From Candidatus Caldarchaeum sp. (GTDB lineage Archaea; Thermoproteota; Nitrososphaeria_A; Caldarchaeales; Caldarchaeaceae), in NCBI GenBank assembly GCA_038885755.1, contig JAVZZH010000001.1, positions 64,001 to 128,000 on the forward strand: a stretch of DNA of 64,000 bases. Reading direction: 5' to 3'. The position numbers and the translations under genes were made by a program. Under the pieces are notes generated by a model, which was not told where the DNA came from, searched no databases, and was given only the letters and a program-made list of their open reading frames with translations. Below, one piece after another: positions 56,408 through 64,000 of the stretch (within the stretch, counting starts at the first letter, position 1; every line of letters starts with the position of its first letter).

Positions 56408-57544
56408 ATGAACCCGGCGGAGATTGTGAAGGACCTGCCCAGAGTCTTCCCCCCGTCCTACTGGCTGGACAAGAGCGAGAGGGAGGAGTTCCCGACAGAG
56501 TTTTGGCGTGAATGCATGAGGCTAAGGCTTCCAGGCTTCCTGACGCCTGAGAAGTACGGAGGTCTTGGGCGGAGCCTCGAGGACTTGGTCAACGTAGTCG
56601 TCTACCTCGGCGAACACGGGTTCGGCACAGGGGTTTACCCGCTTCTCAGCAACAACATGTCATCCCTGGTCCTGCTTAACTCGGGAGACGAAAGGCTTGC
56701 AGAACTGTTCCTCCCCAAGCTCGCCAGCGGAGAGTACGTCATGGGGCTGGCGATAACGGAGAGGGCGTCAGGGTCGGACGTCCTGTCGATCACAACCATG
56801 GCAGAGGACAGGAACGGCGTGTACGTCGTCAACGGCGAGAAGATGTTCGTCAACAACATCGACGCAGCCACGCATATGCTCCTCGCAGCCAGAACAACTC
56901 CCGCCGACAAAGCCGGCAAGCGGAGCGAAGGTCTCACGCTCTTCATCCTAGACCTCAAACAGGAAGGTGTATGGTTCCAGCCTCTGCCCAAGACTGGTAC
57001 GAACTACTACAAGACAGGGTTGATGATGCTCAAGAACGTGGAGATAAGTAGGGAGCGTGTTGTGGGCCCCGTCGGAAAGGGCTGGAGAACGCTGACCACA
57101 GCCCTGAACCCCGACAGAATAGTTTACGCGGCTCTGGGAGTTGGGTCGGCGCTCTACGCGGTGAAGACAGCCGCAGCCCACGCCGCCGAGAGAGTAGTCT
57201 TCGGCAGACTGATTGGAAGCTATCAGGGGATACAGCTACCCCTAGCTGAGAACTACACCTTGGCGGAGGCGGCGAGGCTGCTGTGCGTCGAGGCGGCTAG
57301 GGCTTACGACCGTGGTGAACGGGCTGACGTCCTCGCATGCATGGCGAAGTACGTGGCTTCGGAGGTTGCCGTGAAATCGCTGACCCACGCCATGCAGGTT
57401 TTAGGCGGGTACGGATACCTGAAGGAGAGGCATCTGGAGAGGGTTTTGAGGGATATGCTGCTGCTCAAGTCTGGGCCGATTACTCAGGAGCTTGCTCTCG
57501 CATACGTTGCTGAGAGAGGACTTGGGCTTCCACGCTCCTACTAG
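56408..57544 (+). CDS. Acyl-CoA dehydrogenase family protein
   Basis: ITE..SGSD, NGEKMF, R.VFGR.IG.YQ, QVLGGYG. Confidence 0.95.
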   Translation: MNPAEIVKDLPRVFPPSYWLDKSEREEFPTEFWRECMRLRLPGFLTPEKYGGLGRSLEDLVNVVVYLGEHGFGTGVYPLLSNNMSSLVLLNSGDERLAELFLPKLASGEYVMGLAITERASGSDVLSITTMAEDRNGVYVVNGEKMFVNNIDAATHMLLAARTTPADKAGKRSEGLTLFILDLKQEGVWFQPLPKTGTNYYKTGLMMLKNVEISRERVVGPVGKGWRTLTTALNPDRIVYAALGVGSALYAVKTAAAHAAERVVFGRLIGSYQGIQLPLAENYTLAEAARLLCVEAARAYDRGERADVLACMAKYVASEVAVKSLTHAMQVLGGYGYLKERHLERVLRDMLLLKSGPITQELALAYVAERGLGLPRSY

Positions 57545-58515
57545 ACCTCTAGGACAAGGCCTACTCCATCCCTTTCAGCCTTCTTCAGCACGGCTGAGGC
57601 AAAGTAGAGGTCGATGGCTGCGAACCCCACGGACTTGAGAAGCGTTATGGTTTCTTCATTCCGCCCAACAGGCCTGCCCTTGACTATCTCATGCAGCTCC
57701 ACGACATCATCAGGCTTAACCACTCCGGCGTTGATGCCTGCAATCAGGTCGCCGGCTTCTCTCAGAACCATCTCCTTGAGGTCGGCTGCGATAGCACCTG
57801 CGCGTCTAAACGTCTCGACGTCAAGCTCACGCCTCGTAGGCAGCACTCCGAAGCTGTTGACGTGAACGCCGTCAGCCAGCCACGCCCCGGAGAATACAGG
57901 CTCAGACGAGTTCGTTGCAGCCAGCACAACGTCCACGTTCTCCACAGCCTCCCTAGCGGAGTCAACGGCCCTCGAGTCTAGCCCGAGCTCCCTCCCCGCC
58001 CTCTCAGCCAGCCTTCTTCTATTCTGAGCCGTCGGGCTGTAGACCTTGAGCATTCGTATGTTCCTCACCGCTTTCAAAGCAGCCAACAGCGCCCACGCAA
58101 TTCTTCCGCTCCCCACAAGCCCAACGGATTCAACATCGCTCCTAGCCATGTGTTTGGCGCCGACTCCGCCTATCCCACCTGTTCGAAGGGCCGTCAGTTG
58201 AACAGAGTCGATGAGCCCCATGAGCCTTCCCGTCTCGAGGTCGAAGAACAAAACCAATCCGCTGGCCGTCTCAAGCCCGTGCTTGGACGGGTTCTGTCTA
58301 TACTCGTTGATGACCTTCACGATGAATCCTTGATGGTCGAGGCTGTAGGCCGGCATGTTGAGCCAGACGGCGTCCTTCTCGGCGACTGGAGATATGATTC
58401 GGGCCGGTGCGACGTATTTGCCGGGGCTGTAGTCCCGGTAGAACTCCTCCACGATCTCGACGGATGTCCCGATGTCAAGCCATTCTTCGAGGTCTCTACC
58501 TGTTATGAGCCGCAT
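57541..58515 (-). CDS. Ornithine cyclodeaminase/mu-crystallin family protein
   Basis: LNMPA, LTALRTG, GSGRIA, LKSVG...D. Confidence 0.92.
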   Translation of the reverse strand: MRLITGRDLEEWLDIGTSVEIVEEFYRDYSPGKYVAPARIISPVAEKDAVWLNMPAYSLDHQGFIVKVINEYRQNPSKHGLETASGLVLFFDLETGRLMGLIDSVQLTALRTGGIGGVGAKHMARSDVESVGLVGSGRIAWALLAALKAVRNIRMLKVYSPTAQNRRRLAERAGRELGLDSRAVDSAREAVENVDVVLAATNSSEPVFSGAWLADGVHVNSFGVLPTRRELDVETFRRAGAIAADLKEMVLREAGDLIAGINAGVVKPDDVVELHEIVKGRPVGRNEETITLLKSVGFAAIDLYFASAVLKKAERDGVGLVLEV

Positions 58516-58523
58516 CGATCCAC

Positions 58524-59852
58524 CTAGCTCCGCATGTCAAGGACCCGCTTGGCCTTCCCAACTTCCTGACGCTGAAGGGTCATGGGCTCCACCAGCTCCA
58601 CCTCCACCCCCGTCATCAGCGTTTCGCGGAGGTCTTCCTCAAGCTTTCTCCTCAAACGGTTCAAGTCTGCCGGCTTGAAGTCTCTACTCAGTTCAGCCAC
58701 GACCCTGACCCTGTCCCGGCCATCCTCACGGGAGACGACGATCTGATACTCGACGCCCAGCTCGGGATATTTGAGCAAAACCGTCTCGACGGCGCTCGGC
58801 CAGATGGAGACGCCCGATACCTTAATCATGTCGTCCACCCTCCCGCTTATGTATCCAATCCTCCTGTGAGTCCTTCCGCAGTCGCATGAGGTTGAGTCAT
58901 ACATGTAAGAGATGTCTCGGCACCTGTACCTTATGACGGGCGAAGCCTCCTTAGTCAAAGTGGTGAAGACGAGCTCTCCTTTCTCCTCGGGCTCGACAGG
59001 CTCTCCTGTCTTGGGGTCGACGACCTCGGCGTAGAAATGATCCTCCCAGAGATGCAGCCCGTCGTGAAGATGGCAGTCGTTGGCAACCCCCGGCCCGCAC
59101 AGCTCCGTGAACCCGTAGATGTCGTAAACATCCATGTCCCACGCATCGGCAACCCGTTTCTTCATCTCCTTCGTCCACATCTCCGACCCGAAGACACCCT
59201 TCCTGACCAGCGTATCCCTCCTCGGGTCGACGCCCATCTCTAGAGCGGTCTCTGTGAGCCTCAGGACGTAGGAGACGACTGCGCAGACCATCGTAGTGCC
59301 AAAATCAATCATGTACTGTATCTGGCGTCGGCTGAAGCCCGCGCCCGTCGGAACAACCATCGCGCCAACACGCCTAGCGCCGTAGTAGAACCCGAACCCG
59401 CCTGTGAACATTCCGAAGCTCGGCGTTATCTGGAGGATGTCTTTCTTCGTCAACCCCGACATCGTCAGGCAACGGGCTGAGACCTCGCCCCACACATCTA
59501 TGTCGTTCTGCGTGTAGAAGCCCAGCGTCGGAACCCCAGTAGTTCCCGACGTAGCGTGTACTTCTAAGAGCTCGGTCCGGGGAACGGCTAGAATACCGTA
59601 GGGGTAGAGAGAGCGGAGGTCGTCCTTGGTCGTGAACGGGAGCTTGCTCAGGTCGCTGGCTGTCTTGACGTCGTCCGGCCTGACTCCTGCACTGTCGAGC
59701 TTTCTCCGGTAGAAAACGTTGTTCTCGTATGCATGCCTAACAGTCCATCTGATCCTCTGGTCTCTGACCGCTTCAATCTCCCGCCGAGGCATAGTCTCCA
59801 ACTGCCTGTTGAAGAACCGGGCCTCTTTCATAGCTTCTAACGCCGCATTCAT
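58524..59852 (-). CDS. paaK: Phenylacetate-CoA ligase family protein
   Basis: LPFTTK.DLR..YPYG, TSGTTG, DIYG.TE..GPG, RYR..D, GRVDDM. Confidence 0.92.
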   Translation of the reverse strand: MNAALEAMKEARFFNRQLETMPRREIEAVRDQRIRWTVRHAYENNVFYRRKLDSAGVRPDDVKTASDLSKLPFTTKDDLRSLYPYGILAVPRTELLEVHATSGTTGVPTLGFYTQNDIDVWGEVSARCLTMSGLTKKDILQITPSFGMFTGGFGFYYGARRVGAMVVPTGAGFSRRQIQYMIDFGTTMVCAVVSYVLRLTETALEMGVDPRRDTLVRKGVFGSEMWTKEMKKRVADAWDMDVYDIYGFTELCGPGVANDCHLHDGLHLWEDHFYAEVVDPKTGEPVEPEEKGELVFTTLTKEASPVIRYRCRDISYMYDSTSCDCGRTHRRIGYISGRVDDMIKVSGVSIWPSAVETVLLKYPELGVEYQIVVSREDGRDRVRVVAELSRDFKPADLNRLRRKLEEDLRETLMTGVEVELVEPMTLQRQEVGKAKRVLDMRS

Positions 59853-59911
59853 GCTAAATAACTTTGCTAAGGCAGGCCTCTTGATGTAAACTATAAAGAT
59901 ACCTCGTTGCG

Positions 59912-60889
59912 ATGATAATTGAAATGAAGCTGGCTACTTTTCATAACCCATACCTGCGCAAGCCTAGGCTGGGTCTTGTCTTCGGCGAGCACGTGATAGA
60001 CTTGTCCGGGGCGTACACCTCGCTTCTGATCGAGGAGGGGGAGGAGGATGCTGAGGTTCTCGGCGAGGCGCTTCTCCCCAGCAGCATGATCGCTTTTCTT
60101 AGGAGAGGCAGGAGGGCTAGGGAGGCTGCTGACAGGGTGTTGTTCAAGGCCCGCAGCTTTATCAACAAAGAGTACGGCGACGGGCTGGCTTTCAAGCTCT
60201 CAGAGGTAAGGCTTTACGCACCGGTGCCAAGACCCGGCAAGATAATACACACGGCGGGCAACTTCAGGGAGCATGCTAAGGAGGCTGAGAAAGCCAAGTG
60301 GGAGTTTCCCATACCCCAGTGGATCTCCTTCCTGAAAAGCCCTTCAGCAGTTGTAGGCCCGTACGACGACATAGTCCGGCCCAAGTTCGTCAAGGAGCTC
60401 GACTACGAGCTTGAAATGGCCATAGTGATCGGAAGGAGGGGTAAGTACATCTCCAGGGAGAGGGCTTTCGACTACGTCGCGGGCTTCATGGTCTTCAACG
60501 ACCTCACGGCTAGGGACATTCAGCGGGAGGAGATGAAGAACGGCCTGCTCAACTTCGGTAAAAACTTCGACAGTTTCGCCCCGATGGGGCCCTACCTCGT
60601 GACGAAGGACGACGTCAACGACCCCCACAACCTGAAGATGGAGCTGAGGGTCAACGGAGAGGTCCGGCAGTCAGGGAACACAAACCGACTCTCAGTATCC
60701 CTCCAAGAAATCATAGAACACTACTCGTGGGTGGTTCTCGAGCCCGGAGACGTCATAACGACTGGGACGATCTCCGGAGTGGCCGCTTTTAGGGAGAACC
60801 CGGAGAAATACTACCTCAAGCCCGGCGACGTCATGGAGTCGGAGATAGAGCAGCTTGGAACCATGAGGAACAGAATTGTGGGAGAGTGA
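59912..60889 (+). CDS. Fumarylacetoacetate hydrolase family protein
   Basis: FLKSPS, LDYELE, NDLTARD, GKNFD.FAPMGP, GDVI.TGT. Confidence 0.93.
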   Translation: MIIEMKLATFHNPYLRKPRLGLVFGEHVIDLSGAYTSLLIEEGEEDAEVLGEALLPSSMIAFLRRGRRAREAADRVLFKARSFINKEYGDGLAFKLSEVRLYAPVPRPGKIIHTAGNFREHAKEAEKAKWEFPIPQWISFLKSPSAVVGPYDDIVRPKFVKELDYELEMAIVIGRRGKYISRERAFDYVAGFMVFNDLTARDIQREEMKNGLLNFGKNFDSFAPMGPYLVTKDDVNDPHNLKMELRVNGEVRQSGNTNRLSVSLQEIIEHYSWVVLEPGDVITTGTISGVAAFRENPEKYYLKPGDVMESEIEQLGTMRNRIVGE

Positions 60890-62100
60890 TTAGCTTGTCT
60901 CCAGAACCGTGGAGAGGCGAGAAGCACTGGGTAAGCCCGTTCAACTTCTCGGAAAACGTTTTGAGCGGCATGAGCTTCCCCGAAAAGATCGAGATACACG
61001 ACGTGACTCTCAGGGATGGTGAGCAGGCTCCCGGCATAGTTCTGAGGTCTGATGAGAAGCTGGAGATTGCGAGGGCTTTGGACATGCTTGGGGTTCACAG
61101 GATCGAGGCGGGGATGCCTGTGGTGTCGCAGGAGGATTTCAAAGCGGTCAAGCGGATAGCCGCCGAAGGGTTGAAGGCCCGGGTTTTCGGCTTTTCAAGA
61201 CTCGTCAAACAGGACATCGACGCAGCTGTGCAGGCAGACGTCTCAGGCATCGTGGCCGAGGGCCCCGTAGGTGTTCCCAAGCTGATGCAGTTCGGCTGGA
61301 AACCGGAGGACGTTGTGGAGAAGGCGCTGGAGCATGTTGACTACGCAAAAGACCACGGGCTTTACACCGTCTTCTTCGGAGTCGACGGGACGAGGGCGGA
61401 CCTCTCATTCCTCAAACACCTGTACAGCAGGGTTGTGAAGGAGGCTAAGGCCGACGCCGTGGCGGTCGTCGACACGATGGGATGCGCAAGCCCTGAAGGC
61501 TTCCGAAGCCTCGTCAGGGAGGTCGTCAAGACCGTGAACGTGCCTGTCGAGGTCCACTGCCACAACGACTTCGGCTTGGGTCCGGCGGTAAGCATAGCGG
61601 GGCTTTCAGCTGGAGCGAGCGTGGTGCATGTCTCCGTCAACGGCATAGGCGAGAGAGCGGGGAACGCCAGCCTAGAAGAGGTGGCTCTCAGCCTCGAGCT
61701 ACTCTACGGAAGAAAGTTGGGCCTGAAGTATGAGATGCTTGTCGAGGTCTCTAGGCTTGTGGAGAGGCTCACGGGCTTCAAGATGGCTGCCAACAAACCC
61801 ATAGTGGGCGAAAGAGTCTTCACGAGGGAGTCTGGAATATCGGTCGCCGGCTGGATAAAGTATCATCTCGGCTCCGAGTCGTTCCTGCCTGAGCTCGTGG
61901 GCAACAAACACAACGTCCTCGTAGGCAAGAAGAGCGGCCGCCACTCTCTGGAATGGAAGCTCAAATCCCTAGGAGTAGAAGCCAAGCCGGAGGACATCGA
62001 CGCGCTCGTAGAAAGAGTCAAGCAGAAATCGATAGAGAAGAAGGGCCCCCTCACCGACGAGGAGTTGCTGGAATGTCTTCAAACAGCCACTCAGAGGTAG
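60886..62100 (+). CDS. DRE-TIM Claisen-type synthase (LeuA/homocitrate synthase-like) lacking the regulatory domain
   Basis: DVTLRDGEQ, HCHNDFG, GIGERAGNA, GKKSG; 404 aa. Confidence 0.9.
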   Translation: MISLSPEPWRGEKHWVSPFNFSENVLSGMSFPEKIEIHDVTLRDGEQAPGIVLRSDEKLEIARALDMLGVHRIEAGMPVVSQEDFKAVKRIAAEGLKARVFGFSRLVKQDIDAAVQADVSGIVAEGPVGVPKLMQFGWKPEDVVEKALEHVDYAKDHGLYTVFFGVDGTRADLSFLKHLYSRVVKEAKADAVAVVDTMGCASPEGFRSLVREVVKTVNVPVEVHCHNDFGLGPAVSIAGLSAGASVVHVSVNGIGERAGNASLEEVALSLELLYGRKLGLKYEMLVEVSRLVERLTGFKMAANKPIVGERVFTRESGISVAGWIKYHLGSESFLPELVGNKHNVLVGKKSGRHSLEWKLKSLGVEAKPEDIDALVERVKQKSIEKKGPLTDEELLECLQTATQR

Positions 62101-63149
62101 GGTTTCTGCAGGTACTCGACCCCGAGGGCGTGCTGGTGGGGGAGCCGGACCCAACCCTCACCAACGACCTTCTAGTGGCGATGATGAGGGACATGGTTAG
62201 GGCGCGTCTCTTCGACGAATGGATGCTGAAGATACATCCCTTGGGAATGGCTTCCCGGTATGCTCCCTGCGAAGGGCAGGAGGCCTCCATGGTCGGCAGC
62301 GTTTACAGCACTTCTAGCAACGACTGGCTCTTCCCGACATACCGTGAATACCCCGTAGCTCTGGCCCGCGGAGTCCCGTTGACGGACATAATGCACAGGA
62401 TGTTCGCCAACAGCAAAGACCTCTTGAAAGGACATGAGATCACGCTCTTCGGCGACAGAAGATACAGAATAGTGATAGGCGCTGGGGGCGTGTCGTTGAT
62501 GGCGCCCGTCGCAGTCGGCATGGCTATGGCCTCAGCCATGAAGCGTGAAAAAGATGTTTTCCTAGTATACATAGGCGACGGAGCGACCTCTAAGGCTGAT
62601 TTCCACGAGGCTATCAACTGGGCTGGAGTGTTCAAGACCCCTGTTGTCTTCTTCTGCCAGAACAACCAGTGGGCGATCTCTGTACCATTCTCCCGTCAGA
62701 CAGCTTCCTCCAGCATAGCGGTTAAGGCGAAAGCCTACGGCATCCCCGGCTTGAGGGTTGACGGAAACGACGTCATGGCCGTCTACACAGCGTGTAAGAA
62801 AGCTGTGGACAGAGCTAGGGACGGCTCAGGCCCCACGCTCGTGGAGGCGGTGACGTACAGGATGGGGCCTCACACGACTGCAGACGACCCGTCGAGGTAC
62901 AGGTCGGAGGAGGAGGTTGCTTTATGGAGGCAGCGAGACCCGTTGAAGCGGATGAGAAACTACCTGAGCAGGAACGGATTATGGCGGGAGACCGACGAGA
63001 AACAACTCGCTGAAGACTTCAGGAAAGCCCTTAGGCAGGCTACTGAAGAAGCTGAGAAGACCCCTCCGCTGAAGCCTTCAGCAATCTTCGAGGATGTTTA
63101 TTCAAGCCCTCCATGGCATCTAGTTGAAGAGATGGAAGAGATCGCTTGA
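62073..63149 (+). CDS. pdhA: 2-oxoacid dehydrogenase E1 alpha subunit
   Basis: GQEA, TPP motif GDGATS..NN, YRMGPHTTADDP.RYR; start ATG 62073 after GGAG. Confidence 0.92.
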   Translation: MSSNSHSEVGFLQVLDPEGVLVGEPDPTLTNDLLVAMMRDMVRARLFDEWMLKIHPLGMASRYAPCEGQEASMVGSVYSTSSNDWLFPTYREYPVALARGVPLTDIMHRMFANSKDLLKGHEITLFGDRRYRIVIGAGGVSLMAPVAVGMAMASAMKREKDVFLVYIGDGATSKADFHEAINWAGVFKTPVVFFCQNNQWAISVPFSRQTASSSIAVKAKAYGIPGLRVDGNDVMAVYTACKKAVDRARDGSGPTLVEAVTYRMGPHTTADDPSRYRSEEEVALWRQRDPLKRMRNYLSRNGLWRETDEKQLAEDFRKALRQATEEAEKTPPLKPSAIFEDVYSSPPWHLVEEMEEIA

Positions 63150-64000
63150 GCCTCGAACCACGACGCTTAACCCTGGCCGACGTCTCATCGCTTAAGCCGC
63201 ACGAACAATCAATCCAACATTTAGTAGACAGGCTTGCTCACGAAATCAAAACCTCCGGAAGAATAATCCATCCCGTAGTCGTCGACGCTAAAACCGGGCT
63301 GGTGGTTGACGGCACACACAGAGTCGAGGCCGCAAGGCAGCTGGGCCTCCGATACATTCCGGTCTACAGGGTTGACTATCTTTCGGAAAGCGTTGTTCTA
63401 GACGGCTGGGGCAGGGTTTTGAGGAGAGAGGTCGTCCCTGAGAAAGTTTTTCAGACAGCCTTGGACGAGGGCTTCAAGCCCGTTGAAGCCGGAACACAGG
63501 AAACAGCGCTATGCTTCGTTGAAAACTCCGGCCGGAAAACATGCTTTTCCCTAGACGAGCCGGACCTGCAAAGGCTTTACGGCAGATTGTCGAGGCTTGA
63601 AAGACTCCTGTCCGTTTACGACGTCTCCTACCTCCCCGAGCCCGAGCTGGCGTCCTATCTCAGGAGCGGCGGCTTCCGCATGGGCTACACGATACGCAGG
63701 CTGCGGAAACCCGAGGTCCTCGACTTCGTCGAGAAAGGGTTTAGGCTCCCGCCCAAGTCAACCCGACACCTAGTCGACAGAAGGCCGATGTTTGTGCTCT
63801 GCCCTCTGGGGCTGCTGGGCGAGGATGATGCTGAACGGTTGTTTGAGGAATGGTTGGAGAAAGGCGTCTGGGTTGACTTGGGAAGCGGCGTCGTCATAGA
63901 CCGAAGATACGATGAAAAAGTCCTCCTCTACTTTAGGCGGGATTTACGCAGCCTCTACCCCGAGAACGTGCTGAAGCTGGTTGAAGCCGTCAAGGTTTGA
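63146..64000 (+). CDS. ParB/Srx-domain protein of the SerK/SbnI (free serine kinase) type
   Basis: LKPHE, HPVVVD, DGTHR, VDY, C-terminal LPPKSTRH. Confidence 0.8.
   Translation: MSLEPRRLTLADVSSLKPHEQSIQHLVDRLAHEIKTSGRIIHPVVVDAKTGLVVDGTHRVEAARQLGLRYIPVYRVDYLSESVVLDGWGRVLRREVVPEKVFQTALDEGFKPVEAGTQETALCFVENSGRKTCFSLDEPDLQRLYGRLSRLERLLSVYDVSYLPEPELASYLRSGGFRMGYTIRRLRKPEVLDFVEKGFRLPPKSTRHLVDRRPMFVLCPLGLLGEDDAERLFEEWLEKGVWVDLGSGVVIDRRYDEKVLLYFRRDLRSLYPENVLKLVEAVKV

Noticed and set aside
61953-62072. N-terminal extension of E1-alpha in the ORF track
   Set aside because: Lies inside the upstream gene; a GGAG-preceded ATG at 62073 fits the family
1-64000. CRISPR arrays, rRNA genes, intact transposases or integrases
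   Set aside because: No regularly spaced repeats, rRNA-like tracts or recombinase motifs seen by eye

Overview
Gene-dense, GC-rich (roughly 55% by eye) archaeal chromosome segment. Gene content and order (pfdA/eif6/rpl31e, rfcS-rfcL-cdc6, gins23-mcm-hel308, thpR-cca-kinase, aspS-nusA2-alba-rpl40e, map-DUF1512-topA) point to a TACK archaeon, most plausibly Caldarchaeales/'Aigarchaeota'-like; this is inference. Most of the window is housekeeping: translation, grpE-dnaK-dnaJ, replication and tRNA maturation, followed by a catabolic/accessory block from about 45.7 to 64 kb. Features missing from the ORF track but readable in the sequence are rpl40e, tRNA-Val(TAC), tRNA-Phe(GAA), a box C/D sRNA at about 17.6 kb, a 49-aa ORF heading a ParB-like/phosphatase operon, the 5' third of thrC (no canonical start codon), and frameshifted LAGLIDADG-endonuclease and RecA-family remnants beside tRNA-Val. 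The best candidates for something new are: (1) a convergent pair of paralogous membrane-anchored metzincin proteases on coiled-coil stalks, one with a poly-Pro tail; (2) tRNA-Val whose G1 is the last base of the rpl40e stop codon; (3) a peptide / degenerate ParB-Srx / CX5R phosphatase operon; (4) an FAH / DRE-TIM synthase / orphan E1-alpha / SerK-SbnI-like operon flanked by PaaK, OCD, ACAD and MFS genes. No CRISPR array, rRNA, intein or intact mobile element was seen. All calls come from reading motifs by eye; no searches were run.
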